64,000 bases of DNA from Amphiscolops sp. MND2022 (GCA_964187785.1 OZ076413.1:42286001-42350000); one strand, 5' to 3'. Counted from the stretch's first letter, positions 1 through 13,764 are shown. Numbers and translations: made by a program. The notes: generated from the letters alone by a model not told the origin.

Positions 1-362
1 AAATGTTAACATCTGAATACATCATATGATCTGTGTCAAATCTGGTTGCCTTTTCGTCATGAGATGTGTAATTGATTGGTTAAAGCATATGAAATATTAC
101 ATAAACCTTTGTAAGACCTTTTATAGTTTTCCTTTCTGTTCAAGACATTACAAAACCTCCAATTCAGCAGAATACGTTTCTCCGAGAATTTCTGGTCGCT
201 AGCGAAAAGTATTTCTAGTTGTCTTTTTAGTAAGAAAAGCGCGCTGATTTTTCATTCGTAGCGCAGTGGCATGGTTACTTAATTTCATAGTCTCTTAGGC
301 AAATGGCCCGAGGATGGAGGATGTGTTGTAAAGTCATTCAGTTGTAACGTATCATTATATAG

Positions 363-856
363 GACAAGACGGGAACGTCTCATGTCGGCGCTACACCTGA
401 GGCTCAAAAAGTGCAAACTTTTTAAAATATGCTCAGGACGTTTTTATGAAAAAACTCTAAGAAAAGTTTCGAAAAACCTAAACTACGGAACTGGCGCGCC
501 GGATACCCGCTAGAGCGAGCTTCTGGAGCGCTAAAAAGGTACCATTTGGGATTTTTTTAACAACCTTCCTGTTGCAAAATATAAAAAACTTAAAAGGTGC
601 AATCAAAAAATTTTCGAAAAAAGTATCATAGTGCTGATGAAAATCTAAGTTAAAAACACCACGAAAGCCAAAAGGGGAATCCTTAGCATGTTTTCGAGGT
701 TCTGGACGTCCGGTTTTTTGGACGAGGGTCTGACATTTCGAGTATGTTTTGGAATTCCCTTCAAGTTGAACAAATGAACAAAAAAGTGGACCGTACGCGT
801 TGAAAGAACTTCCCACTGTAAGAGTCGGTCACTTTTCTCAAAAAACGCCGTCTAAA
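363..856 (-). mobile_element. Helentron-associated (DINE-1/HINE-like) non-autonomous element, family 1
   Basis: Begins ACAAGACGGGAACGTCTCATGTCGGCGC and ends GTAAGAGTCGG...AAACGCCGTCTAAA; same termini, in reverse, as the copy at 20620-21147. Confidence 0.7.
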
Positions 857-3293
857 GACTAATTATAAAGAATATCCAATCTACAAAGGTTTTTAATCGA
901 AATATATTTGGGTAAAACGCACTCGTTTGAAGCGTTGTTTGAAACTAAAAAACGAAAAGCATCTTTCATGAGCATTTATTATTTTTTTAAAATTTCAAAT
1001 GGCTCTCGATTTAGTTCTTCTTTCACACTGGCCGACTGGAATCGATGCAAGGTGCAATTTACACATCTAAGGAAGTTCGAAAGACCGTAGATGTTCGTAG
1101 ACACTCAATTTCGCTAACGAAAAATATCTTTTTAATATTCGTTTGTCAAAAATGTTTCAGAAGCAAATTGTTTTGAAATCAAATACTTTCAACAATTGTT
1201 CGAAATTTATCATGAAAAAGTTCAAAAACTCACATTTGTGACAAAAATGCTAAAGACAAAGTTTGGCAATTTGGTTCAAAATTCCCTGCTCAAATGAAAA
1301 ATACAAAATACACTTTTTTCTGATGTTGGACTTGTTCTCTAACTTATGATACCAACTTGTTTCCTGCAAACGTTCTTTTCCAATAAAACTTACTTTCCAA
1401 AAACATCAAAAATACAAATGTGTCAATTTTGTTTTTTCTTTAGTTTTTGTTTCGACAGAACTACGAATTCTTCCGGTTGTTCATTTTTTAAGAGAACATA
1501 TTCGAAAGAAAAGTCAAGCATTAAAAATAAAAAAAACAGTGAGAAGCCTTTATAATTGACCCAGCACCTTTTTGTTCTCACCAGTTGTTTCTGAGATATT
1601 GCATCATTAAGTTTCAGAAAATTTTTCTCCAAAATACACTTCGATACTAAAAAAATTACAGACAGCTAACTTCAGAGACAAAAACTTGTCCAAAGCGCAT
1701 TTTTGAGGCTTTGAGCTTCGCTCCTAATTTTCAATATTTTGTGGCAAATTGCTTGAACCCGAGAATATGCATGGAAACCTATGTTTTTGCTGAAAATTGT
1801 GCGAAATCCTAGACTAAATTTTAGTCGAAAAAGTTTCTTTTAAATTCGACTTCATGGTTTGTTTCTGCGGAAAAGTTGAGGAAAAACGTGAGTTTGACTG
1901 TTTCTCCTCTTTGATCTCCTACATCTCAGAACCAAAACAAAAACAGATTCATAGTTCCGTAAATTGTACGAATTTTTTGTAGGCTAAATTTAAGTCCAAA
2001 AATGAAATCAAAGTTATTTCGTTCTTGTGTTTCGTTGGGCAAAAATAGGGATGAAAAAAATGTTTTAACTTTTCCAAATTGTAGCTCAAAATTCCCAAAT
2101 CTGAAAACAGATACGGAAACTATTCTCCCTTGAAAAGTGCCGCGAGGATGTAGGCCATTTTTCGGCAAATTTGTGGTCAGAAAGTATGGCGCCTTCGTGT
2201 TCCTGCCAAAAATATTTTAGTTCAAAAGTTTTTTCTCACTGTTTCCGTTTTTTTTCAATCTTCCGTCAAATATTTCTGATCTGAGACTACATAAGTTCAA
2301 ATGGTTCTGGGTCATGGAGTGAACACAAATCGTAGCACATTCTGCAGATCATTTAACATTTCCGATCCAAACCAAGCGCGACATGCCGTCGAGACTGTGT
2401 TTTTTTAGGTCATAATTCAACAAAAGATCCCGTGACCAAAATTTTCTCCGATTTTGATCAAAATTACAGGTAGAATGTTGTTCTCAAATCTCATAGATAC
2501 TATTTGAACAATTTTGGAATTTTTCGAACTTGTATACGCAATGTCTCAAAAACTACTGCTCAGAAGAAAATATTCGTTTATCGCGTTCATCACTTTGACA
2601 CATTTCTCTACCTTTCATATTTACGACTCTTCTCAAAATGCTTTCTTCAAAATCGAACAGCCAAAAACAGTAGTAATTTCGACGAACCAATATTTGCACG
2701 AGGTAAAAATTGAAGAATTGTTTTTTTTTGGTGACTTTGCGAAGCAAAGTTTAAGGAGGATGTTTCCCTGAAAAACTCTTATGTAAAGATGATGTGGATT
2801 GACGGTAATAAGTTTGTCAGGGGCATTTTCTGTAACAGCGGTTTTCGAGAGATTACAAGATAAATTTTGAAAAAATCCAAAAATCAAAAATGGGTTATAA
2901 CGTTTGTAATTTTTGTTTAAGTTCTCAACAAAACAAAACCCTGTAATTGTGATCGAAATTTCATAGTTTTTTTGGTACCAAAGTTTACAATGCGACATCA
3001 CTTCCTTTTAGTTTTGGCTGGATTGCAAATCAGAACAAAAAACTGCTTGAAAGTTTTTGCTCCGAAGACCTTTTGTCACTTGCTTATCAGAAGAAATGAC
3101 TGGCTTTCAAAATTTATGTCAGCAAGTTCAGTTGTATTAGGCATTTCTTGTACCCTTGTGTAATTGACCATTTTTGGCACTTTGAGATTGAATGACACTT
3201 TAAAATGAAAATCCTTTTCAGCTTGTTTCTTTTTCTTATGAAGATGGTTTTCAAAACGCCCCTTGCCCTAAAGAATTATCTGTATCACATCCA

Positions 3294-3698
3294 GATAACG
3301 AGGAAACTCAACACAAGAAAGTCTAACACAAGAAATGTCAATACAAGAAAATTCAACACATTTGCATCAAAATTTTAGTGTCTTCTCGTATAATGCATTC
3401 GTTTCACTTTTCACGAAAGTTGTGCATAATGGTTTAGAATTAGGTAATAGTTGTTCTTAATCAATGTAGGAATAGAATAGTCCCTCTTGATCTTTTCGTT
3501 AAATGTAATATCTAATTAAATGAGGCATTAGTATTACCAGGTGTGAACATAAATCTTTCAAATTCACAAATTAGTTAACTGAATTAGACATACATGTACT
3601 GAGTAGTTTTCACTTTTGAACTGAAATTAATATGAAGTGCGAAAGTGTGTAAAGTTTTTTGTGTTGAATTTTTATATGTTGAGCTTTCCTTACCCCCA
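3294..3698. mobile_element. Small foldback/MITE-like element with tandem ~14-bp subunits in inverted ends
   Basis: Left end has repeated (AGAAA..TCAACACA); right end has inverted TGTGTTGAATTTT / ATGTTGAGCTTTCCT. Confidence 0.5.
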
Positions 3699-4176
3699 TT
3701 TGAAAAACTTTCATGTGCTATGATGTTGTAGCCGTTTGTCTTTTGTTACATTTTTGATCAAGATTGGTTCTTTTTGTTTCAAATTCTTGAAGTTTTTCGC
3801 TTATATCTGCATTTTAGTTGGCCTTTGTTTTCATTGTAGTCCTGTATGTTGAGTGCAAATAGTTTTTTCGAGGGGTTTGTTGTTCGAGTTGTTTTCATAA
3901 ACAGCTCAACTCGAACCCCAAAAATCATGAGTAAAAAAGCCATCCATTATCCTAGGAAACTCAAAGGAACTATAAATAGCACTTTCTATAGCTTTTGTAA
4001 TCAAAAAAAAATTGTGCATTTCTTTGCCAAAATTTTGTAGAAAATTTTTTTCTTATTCGAAGACATATGCCTCAAATCTGCAAAAAATATGGCATGAATA
4101 TCAGATATATTCGATGTTCAGCGTAATTGTTTTCCATCATTTTTCAATAATTTGGAAACATGTTTTTTCTACTCAC

Positions 4177-4369
4177 AACGCTGCGGGTGTCGTCTTCGAT
4201 GAGAAGACTGCGTTTTTTGATGTCTAGTGAGAGAGAGGAGAGGTCATTCAGTTTGGAGTCTACTCTCTGTTCCAGAGACTTGATCTTGTCTCCCAGGGCG
4301 GCTGTCAAGGTCAGCACCTGCTGTCTCTCTGTGCGCCCCTCTTCGAAGCTCGAGTGTAGTTCCATCAGT
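4177..4369 (-). CDS. Internal exon of minus-strand coiled-coil gene (possibly CCDC154-like)
   Basis: TTTCGCAG acceptor, GTGAGT donor, open frame LMELHSSFEEGRTERQQVLTL...DDTRSV with heptad character; GC-rich island in AT-rich flanks. Linkage to the exons at 13.6 and 14.7 kb is inferred. Confidence 0.7.
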
Positions 4370-5835
4370 CTGCGAAATGACACAAGAAAAAATTAGGAGA
4401 GGTTTTTACTTGAAAAGTAAAAGAGGAGGAAAATTGTTTTCATGCAAAATATAACTTGCCTCGCAAGGAGATGAACGCCCTTCATTCAAGTGAAGTTTCT
4501 CAAAGTTTTTCGATTAAACTTTTAAATTTCTTTTCGAGTTTGATATTTTCATTTAGTTTTTTTTTCGGCGCTGTCTTTGTTTGCAATTTCCAAATTGTCT
4601 AAAGAGGGAATCCAATGTTACTTTTTTGAATTTCATTCTGAGTCGCCAATAAAAAACTTTCTAACAACATATTTACTGTCCTATGTATGGAGTTGGGAAG
4701 CTAAATATGTTTACTCATTTCTTATCATGTCTTGATTTTTCTTTCATGTCTTTCATACAAACAACTGTAGTAGAGAGCCGCACTGTTCGGAAAACCAGTT
4801 TACAATCACAGAAGAATGCATTTAACAAGAACATGTAAAAATGTTTCATTTTTTTTGACGGTAGTCCGTTGATAGCTTCAGCTACCTGTTGTCAAGGTTG
4901 TCACTTCTGCCGGCCGCGCTGGTCTGTCCATTAGTTATCATCTGGTTCAGTCTCCGAATCTGGTCTATGACCCCATTCAGACTATTTTGACCACTCTGGA
5001 TCTACAACAAAAATTTCTGTGGCATAGAAACTAGAGGTCAAATTCAAACTCACCCGAACATTTAACCGTCTTTATGATCGGCACCCCTAATTATCAATTA
5101 CTTACCCTACTCGAGACTGCTGGATTTTTTTAAATGCTGCAGGCCTGCATGCAGGGTAATGTTCAAACAATCTAGAAAATTCATTAAGCTTTCGATGTTA
5201 AATCTTGTAGAAGTTAACTTCAGTTTCCACTATTGAAACTTGAAATCAAAAATCCTTCTTCGTTGCCGACACGATCGAGTTTTGTTTACGCTTTCATTTC
5301 TCAAATAGTCATCTAATGTAATCACCGCTCCTCAAATAGCACGCTGAACATGACGCTAGTTTTTGTTTACATTGCCAAATTACATTAAAATGGGAATCAA
5401 AATGATGACATTTAAATGCACTTCGCTGGTTGAAAGTGCTTGAACTCTTTACAATTTTGTAAGATGCCAAGCTAATTTTTCATGATTTTATAAAATTCAC
5501 ACAGAAACACCCATGCATTAAATTTCACTTATTCAATTTGATTTTATCAAGATGCCAATACACTGCATCCTGAATCTGACGGCAGTTCTGAGCCGCGAAG
5601 TGTTCCAGATTTCAATAATAAGCTGTTCAAATTTTGAAAACAGCTAAGACCTCATCAATTTGAACGCAATTTCAAGGCAAATAACATTCAGCCATATTAT
5701 AAGATTCAAAGAAGCGTCATATTTACTAACGGTGATTACATAAGGTACATACTTGAAAAATTTAAGCATAGAAACGAAGTGAATGCGACGGCGAAGAAGT
5801 GGAAATGTTTTCATTTTTAATAGAAATAGTGGAAA

Positions 5836-7382
5836 CCCGGGTTGACCCTCCCAATAGCATCTTGGATGCCATGGCAAGATATTGCCAAATTCTTACTACA
5901 TCTTGGCAACCATGGATCCCATGGCCAGGTTCTTACCAAGATCTTACCAAGATGTATCATTATCCCAAGATCGAATCTAAGATTTCTAAATTTCGATCAA
6001 GAATGCTGAAATTAGTTACATTCGTATAATAATTCTTTTGCCGGGTCTTCACGCGATATTTCAGCCTGGAGAGGACGGAATATGAATATGATCTAACGCC
6101 TAAGATCGATCGGAATAAAATCTGAAGATCTAACATGCTCAATAATCACCTTACGCCTAAGATCTAATTTAGGAATTCCGACTTGCGCCTAAGTTCTAAG
6201 ACAAAAAATGATCAAATTGCAAATTATTCCGTTAGATCTTAGGCGCAACGTAATTCAGTTAGACCTTATTCCGTTAGATCTTATTCCGATTTGGTGTCTT
6301 AGATCTTAGGCTTTAGATCTTACTCCTGTGAAATGGAAACCGACGTACAACGTTTTTAAGGGGTTTTCGTTATGAAATTGAGAAAATGTCGTCGTTCTGC
6401 GGAGTTTCAGACCTTATTCCAATGGCTTCAGACCCTACGATGTTGAAATGTGACCCGACAACCAGTTTCTTGGTTTTCAGGATGAAATTGGCAAAATATT
6501 GTCTTTCGGGGAATTTTATATCTCATTTCATAGAAATTAGTCCTTAGTCTAGTGTTTTCAGTTTCAAATCGGTGGTTTTAGATGTTGTCCCAGTGCTTTT
6601 TAGATATGAGCAGTGAACTTTAGATGTTATTCCTGTAGTTCATAGATAATCCAGTGGTTCTACTTCTTATTTCAGTGGTTTCAGATGTTATTCCAGTGCT
6701 TTTTAATCTTATTCCAGTGATTTTTCAAAAAATATTCAATGATTTTTAGATGTTATTCTTGTGATTCATAGTTATTCCAGTTATTTATAGTTCTCAATTC
6801 AAGGCCTATTATTACTGTGAAATGAAAACCGACATACAAGGTTTTTCAGGGGTTTTCATTATGAAATTGAGAAAATATCGTCGTTCTGGGGAATTTTAGA
6901 CCTTATTCCAGTGGCTTTACATGTTATTCCTGTGAAATTAAAACCGACGTAGAAGGATTTTCCAGGTGTTTTCATTATGAAATTGAGAAAATATCGTCGT
7001 TCTGGTTTGTTTTGGTTGTGGAGATTATCCAGTAATTTTATTTTGAATGATATCTAGATTATTTTTGTCTAAGTTTTAATTTAATGGTTTTCTGATTCTA
7101 CTTTTTCTCGATATCAAGCAGTTCGTAGCAAAATTGTTTCTTGCCATATTCGGCTTTTTAGTAAGGTTTTTCTTGCCATATTCGGCGTCTTAGTATGATT
7201 GTTCTTGCCATATAGGGCTTCTAAGATTTTTCTTGCAAACATGACTGTCTTGATAAGATCTTACCATGACGTCTTGCAATTCTTGGCAATACCTTGTCAC
7301 GATTTTAGATAAAGTTTTTTGCAAGATCTTGTCAAGCTCGTGCCAAGATCTTAGTAAGATATCCATGGAGGGTCTACCCAGG
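5836..7382. mobile_element. Non-autonomous TIR DNA element with CCC..GG ends and internal satellite-like repeats
   Basis: CCCGGGTTGACCCTCC at left versus GGAGGGTCTACCCAGG at right (inverted); subterminal CAAGATCTT-type repeats; internal ~21-bp and ~105-bp tandem units at 6320-7000. Confidence 0.6.
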
Positions 7383-7743
7383 AACTGCATTGTAATCCTA
7401 CAAAAATTGTTCATGTATGCTCCTTGGATTTACCATGTTTTGTAAAGAACAATTAGCCTGCATGCTTTCATGCAGCTTGTAAAAAGTTCAAGCAATCTTG
7501 TCTAGGGTTAAAGTAGAACTGCTTCTAAACGAAATCGGCTAAAGACTGAGGCTTATATTTGCCGGCGAATTTAAAATACTTTTTCCAACCAGTTTGATAA
7601 TTGTTATATAAAACAGGCTAATGTTTTAGCATGAAAATATCCAAAAAAAATTAGAAAATCATGATACAAGTTGGTCCTGATCATGATAACAAAGTAACGT
7701 TCTGAAGATGACCATTAGGGGCTATCATTTAGAATAAAAATTC

Positions 7744-10700
7744 GGTGTGCGTTCTTTTCACCCCAAAGTCATTTCAACCCATATCATTTCACCCCGTATC
7801 ATTTCACCCCACGTTCATTTCACCCCACGTTCATTTCACCCCACGTTCATTTCACCCCATGTTCTTTTCACCCCACAATTTAATTATTCAAATGCGTCTC
7901 AGACTAATCACACTTTTGACAACAAGACTTTGAACTCTACCGTCTTGTTGTTTAACCACTTCGCTTTGATTGACAGGTGGCTCTTATTATCGGACGAAAG
8001 TTGCACAATTTAAAGTAAACAACAGTCAACAACAATAAACAACTTTCTATTTTTGCGTTTATTGAGGCCATATTTGAAAAAATGCGAGAACAAAATCAAC
8101 GTTCACAGAAAACGAACGCTACGGTAATGCATATGCACAAGTAATTATACTGGTTCACCAGTGTCTATCTTTGCAATTGATGAACTGGAACGCATCGTTG
8201 GAAAACATTGGGTAGTCGTCAGAGAGATGATCGATGATGAACGATCTGTAGATTTCAATAGACGTCCTCTACCGCTGTTAGGGTATATGTTCGTCAGCAT
8301 CCAGGTGGGAAAAACGAGAATGTCGAAGGCGAGGATGCTCGTCGCGAAGAAAGGAGCAAAATCGATTGTTGGTCGTGGTTGGCTCACAGCTCTCAAATAC
8401 AGAATTGAACAGCCAATGACAAGAGGCGAGAACATTGTAAATAGCATTTCCTGCGAAAGTGCAAATCCTGCGATTAAGCTAAACCCGGACGCAGAGCAAT
8501 TAGTTGAAGAGTTTCCTAAGTTGTTTTAAAGACGCGGTAGAGTAAACAACTACAAGATTAAAATTGACATGAAAGACGGCACGCGCGCCACTCAGCATAA
8601 AGGTCGTAGAATACTACTGCAATTGCAAGACCAAGTAGACAAAGAAATTAAACATTTATTAGAACAGGGACAAATTGAAAAAGTGGATACGATAAAGGAT
8701 GACGTTTTCATACCACCGGTAGTGATAACTGCATAGAAAGATCGTTCTGTAAAAGTAGCACTAAACGCAAGACTGCTAAGTAACTCAATTGCAAAAGAGA
8801 AGTATCAAATGGCGAATTCAGAAATTTTATTGGACATGATCGCAGAAAAAATTGATGGAAAAGAAGGAGAAGTATGGTATTCTTCAGTTGACATGAAAGA
8901 CGCGTATGGTCAGGTATCATTAGATGAAAGTACGGCGAAACACTGTAATTTTCAAATCATCGTTCGAAAATCAACCGGTACATACCGATTCATAACCGGA
9001 CATTATGGACTGTCAATAATGCCGTTAGAAATCCAAAAATTAATTGACATAACCCTTAAAAATTTGGATTGTACATTTATGTATTTGAATGACATTTTAA
9101 TAGTTACAAAATGTGGAAAAAGTGTACATATGCAAAAAGTCCGGGAAGTCTTAAAGGTGTTAGATAGCGCGAATTGGCAATTGAGAGCACACAAATGTAA
9201 AATAGCTTGTGCAAAGATAGAACGGTTGGGATACGAGTTGTCAGGAGAAGGCATTGCACCGGTAAATGGCAAAGTGCAAGGAATCACCGAAAGATTGCGA
9301 CCGGGTAACTTGAGAGAAATGAGGTCATTCCTTGGAGCAGTTAACCAACTAAATAAAATTGTACCAGTATGAGCTAACATTTGCGCACCACTTAGAACAA
9401 TATTGAAGAAAGAAGCTGAGTGGAAATGGACGCAAGAACACGAGAAGGCGTTTTTAAAAGTCAACCATGAAGTAAAAAGAATAACAGAACTGACACATTT
9501 CAAAAAAGAGAAAAGATTGCGAAACTGAAACGCAAGTAAACAGGACTAGGGTATTAGGCTTCGCAGATTACCTATCAAGACATCGGAGCGAAATAAAAGG
9601 AAACGCGGTAAACTCAGAAAAATTATGGAACGACTGGTTCATAGTAAACGCAATCTCAAAAATTGATGCTATTTCAAAGAATGAAACAACCCCACTGGAG
9701 ACGCCAAAATCGATGAAACTGCCGCGCGCGCCAGATTCGGTACTGAGAGTGGAAAGCGAACAAGACTCACAGCACGCTGAGAAAGCAAACGAACGAAAAG
9801 GTAATCAGCCAATGAAATCGCGAGAAAGTTACGTGTGGCGGAACGAACGGAATTTCAGTGCGGTACAAAACTTAAGCAAAGTAAGCGAACAAGAAAAATG
9901 TAAAAACATGCTTAATCACACGCCAGAAGTTATTGACAAAATCAACGATTCGTTTCCAAACGCAAATTATGAAGTCAATATAATGCTTCAAAAAGTTATC
10001 CAATTGGTAACAAGTATGGAAGGAGCAAAAATCTCCTGCGCCTTTACGCGAAAAATTCAATTCGTTCAGTGTTGATAGTAGGCATTACCTTTACATGGAC
10101 GAACGATTAGTTATTCAACAAATTTACGCCCCTCGATCATGAGTTCAATCCATTATGGACACCCTGGCCGAAATACCATGTTGCGGTATATTTCTGACAT
10201 CTAATGGCCAAAAATACACCGGCAAGTGGTCACGACAGCAAATTGTTGCGATCAGTGCAACAACGCAGGTAAAAATATTAAACCTTTGCTAAAACAGAAA
10301 CAATTTGAAAAATCTCAAAATTGGAAAACCGAACGATGAAATAGCACTAGATTTTGCCGGTCCGTTTCAAAACACCGAACACAGAAAGAAATACTTACTA
10401 AGAGCCATAGATAATTTTTCAGCATGGCCCGATGCCCTATTTTTACATAAACCGACAACCAAGAAAGCAATCGAATATTAAAAAACTATATATCCCAGTA
10501 CGGTATCCCGAAACAAATTAGATCAGATCCGGGCACAGCATTCACTAGCGAAGAATTCAAAACATTCTGCCGAAAATTCCAAATACATCACATAACCTGC
10601 CCTGTGCGCGACCACCGGGGAAACGGCAAAATCGAACAATTAATACGAACCATAAATGAACGGCTACGGACGAATAAAAACAGAGTCTTGAAAAAAGACA

Positions 10701-12471
10701 AATCGGGGTTGTCGGAAACTTTAAACGCGTTAAGAATGGGGGAAAAAGCAGACGGAAAATCGCCATTCGAAAATTTGTACGGCCGGAAACCCAACACGGT
10801 AAAAAGCAACATCGTAGACAGAAGGTGTTTCAGAAGTAGATCCAGACCTAAAGTTCTCCACATCAAACTTCGAGGAGGAAGTAGATTCAGCGATATTGGT
10901 GAGGGAGAGGACTCGAGGGTCCAAATTGGAAAGCCAATTTAGAAAGAGAGCGGGCAAAATTGTCAAAGAGACTGCCCACACCATTACGTTTCTACCCAAA
11001 AACGGGAAAAAGGAAATCGTGTACTCAACGCGAGATGTGGCTAAGGCAAAGCCACAAAAGAAGAGAACGATCTCAAACCCCAGAGAAGAACCAGCCGGAC
11101 CGTCCTCAAGATGGAATGAAATGGAGGAGTCTTCGGAAGACGAGACGTATGTAGTGTCCAAAGAAACTAAGGATGAGGAATCAACCCCAGCGGACACCAC
11201 CATCACAGAAAATGTGGACGACACAGCTGAGTCAGAAAATGAAAGGGAGCCGAGGCCTGAGGTCACTGAGACGGAAGGCGAGGAAGCAGCATTTCCACAA
11301 GAAATGCCAACTCATCAGGAAACGGCAAACCCGGCAGAATACAATATTCCTGGAAAAGGAAAGAAGAAGGCCGTGAAGGCATCGGTGTCGTGGACCCCCC
11401 ACAAAGAGAAAGTCGCCGGAGACGGCCAACGAAGCGCTACGGGATTGACGTAGTAATGAAAATCGATGAAGAAGATAAAAACAAGAAAGCTAAAGAACCT
11501 GAAGTCAGAAACGTCTGAAACAGAAGAAACATTAAACATTACAAGTACATTCAAACATTACCACATTATTTCATTGTCTTACAGTCATGTAATCTGAAAT
11601 TAAATAACATTGTCAGTTCTGATACCATTCATTAACATAAAATGAAACCCCAGGTGTTGTGTTAAAACGGGGAGTGCGACAGAGTACTAAAAAGAACAGT
11701 TACGCTAAAGATATAATTTACTAATACCTGTCACAAATATGCTAGAATGAAATACATAACACTACGTTTAGTTGCTGTTGCCTTTACATTGAGATACAGT
11801 TCATAATACATTGTTATCTCCTCTTCTTTCTTTCTTCTTAAACTGCTTCTCAGTAGTCTCCAACACCCCCTTGCACTTCCAAAACGTGTTCAGCAAAAGA
11901 TGTTGCTGTAGCTCTGCAATTTGATTTTTGGTATTGATTACAGTTCCAAGTTGTTGTTGATTTTCCTTCGCGTTTTTTTGAAAAACTCGTGACCATCAAC
12001 AACGAGGATAGGTTTTCCCTTCGATGAGGTAGTAAACATTTTGATTGCAAGATTCGATTTTTGAAAAGTTCAACTGCGAGGTTTCGAAATTTGTGACTAA
12101 TGATTCAAGTTTGGAAATCATTAGCCCTAACGCCTAGTGCAAAGTTCACCGGATTATCGGCCCAACTAAATATTATAAATACTTTCACACTATTATTACG
12201 TTAAATTGTTTAAACGCAGAATAGCGTTGATCCGGATGTTTCAATTAGTCTGAGACGCTTTTGGCTGAGTTACATATGGGGTGAAATGAACGTGGGGTGA
12301 AATGAATTTGGGGTGAAATGAACGTGGGGTGAAATGAACGTGGGGTGAAATGAACGTGGGGTGAAATGAACGTGGGGTGAAATGAATCTGGGGTGAAATG
12401 ATATGGGGTGAAATGATATGGGGTGAAATGATATGGGGTGAAATGAACGTGGGGTGAAATGATACTAAACC
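7744..12471. mobile_element. Mutator-like foldback element (tandem 15-16-bp arrays as inverted termini) enclosing a Gypsy fragment
   Basis: About 8 units of TTCATTTCACCCCACG on the left and about 12 inverted units on the right; shared inverted GCGTCTCAGACTAAT inside the arrays; GG...CC ends; 9-bp flanks TAAAAATTC (7735-7743) and TAAAAGTTC (12472-12480), 8/9 identical. Confidence 0.75.
8145..11918 (+). mobile_element. Decayed, 5'-truncated Ty3/Gypsy LTR retrotransposon (protease-RT-partial RNase H-integrase; probable 3' LTR about 11675-11918)
   Basis: TGSPVS protease remnant; RT motifs SVDMKDAYGQ and YLNDILI; RSFLGAVN; integrase GHPGR, DFAGP, GNGKIEQLIRT; stops and frameshifts; purine tract AAAACGGGGAG followed by TG at 11675. 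The LTR right end is uncertain. Confidence 0.9.
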
Positions 12472-13567
12472 TAAAAGTTCAGTGAAGACGTTATCGTAGT
12501 ATTTTCCGTACTTATCGTTTCTAATAATCTTGGCAAAAGTATTTGAAAATAACTTGGCTTTTTTGTGAATATCGGTAATTTTCGAAGTAAGTCATGCATT
12601 ACCTAGGAAACTGCTGGTGAAAACGATAGGTGGGGCCTCCGATGAAAGAAAATGTTCGACGAAGAAAAATGTAGTGCCAAAAATCCAAAGGGGCCACTTT
12701 GATCCCGTGTAGGTATGCAAACATTGACATAATTTAGTCCAGCGCCAGATTTTAATGGACGACCTTCTTTTGAAGCCTGCATCCTAACCACTGTGTCATT
12801 ACTATGCGGTGAAAGTCTATTCAAAAGCTTACCACACATTGTTAGCTCTGTGGTCTGACAGAAGAAAAAAATGACACTGTAAGAGTCGGGCAAAATGCGC
12901 CCACTAAGACTAAAAACGTGTCTAACACCAGTGTTGTACAATTAAAGGATAATATAAAGGATCGTTTAAATGATCATATAAATTTTCCAACCTTTAAAAG
13001 GGATTCATTTGAAGGAATAATCAAATCATTTAAATGAATAGTAATAGTTTAAATGAAAAAAAACGGTACTCTAAATGTGAATCAAACCTCGAGGATAGAG
13101 ACGGCAGTCAACTCGATCTATTTTTTGGGAACTTTTTAATAACCCTTGTTCAGACTTTTCAAGTTAAAGTATTCAATTATAAGAAAACGGGGCATTTCCA
13201 AGGGTTCAATACTTCACGAAAAATCGGAAAAATCGATTGTCCATGAATAACATTAAGCTTAGATCTTAATGCGAATTGCATTTTAGTCTGAAAAACTGTT
13301 TTGATTTGTGTTGAAAGTATGCAATAATTTATATGATCCTTTTTAATTAAAAATCCTTTTTTAAAAACAGAAATGCACAACACTGCCTAAGACACGGAAA
13401 AAGTTGTGAAGCATTTCTTTCTCCAGCAAGTTTAATGAAGCTCATCTTGTCTCAAAGGTATCTAATATTGCTGGTGAGCAAGCCCCGTGTCAGTTCACGT
13501 CTCAGATAAAGAAAGATCTCAGAAGATTTTGAAAAAAAAAACAAATCAAAGATTTTCTATAATTCAC

Positions 13568-13764
13568 CTGCTCTTCGTTTCTTTTCACACGAATGGAGAG
13601 TTGTGAGACGAAGTCGGCGTTCGACCTGAAATTTTCCGAGATGTTTCGTTGGTTGACAAGTTCTTCGCTCACTGTGCTCTCCACTCGACGAATGGCCCCT
13701 TTTGACTCGTTCTTCGTCGAGACCAGCTCGTCCAATAGCATTTTGTTTGAATGCTCCAATGCAG
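13568..13764 (-). CDS. Second coding exon of minus-strand coiled-coil gene (possibly CCDC154-like)
   Basis: TTTCAG acceptor and CAG|GTGAAT donor; phase-1 join with the 14625-14784 exon gives ...AIELRV-AALEHSNKMLLDELV...VKRNEEQ. Confidence 0.8.

Noticed and set aside
7745..8013. His/Pro-rich ORFs (FHPTFISPH...)
   Set aside because: Translations of the minisatellite
7750..12461. Short repeat arrays as CRISPR or telomeric repeats
   Set aside because: Units are directly abutting with no unique spacers, no cas genes are present, the context is eukaryotic, and the arrays form the inverted ends of a transposon
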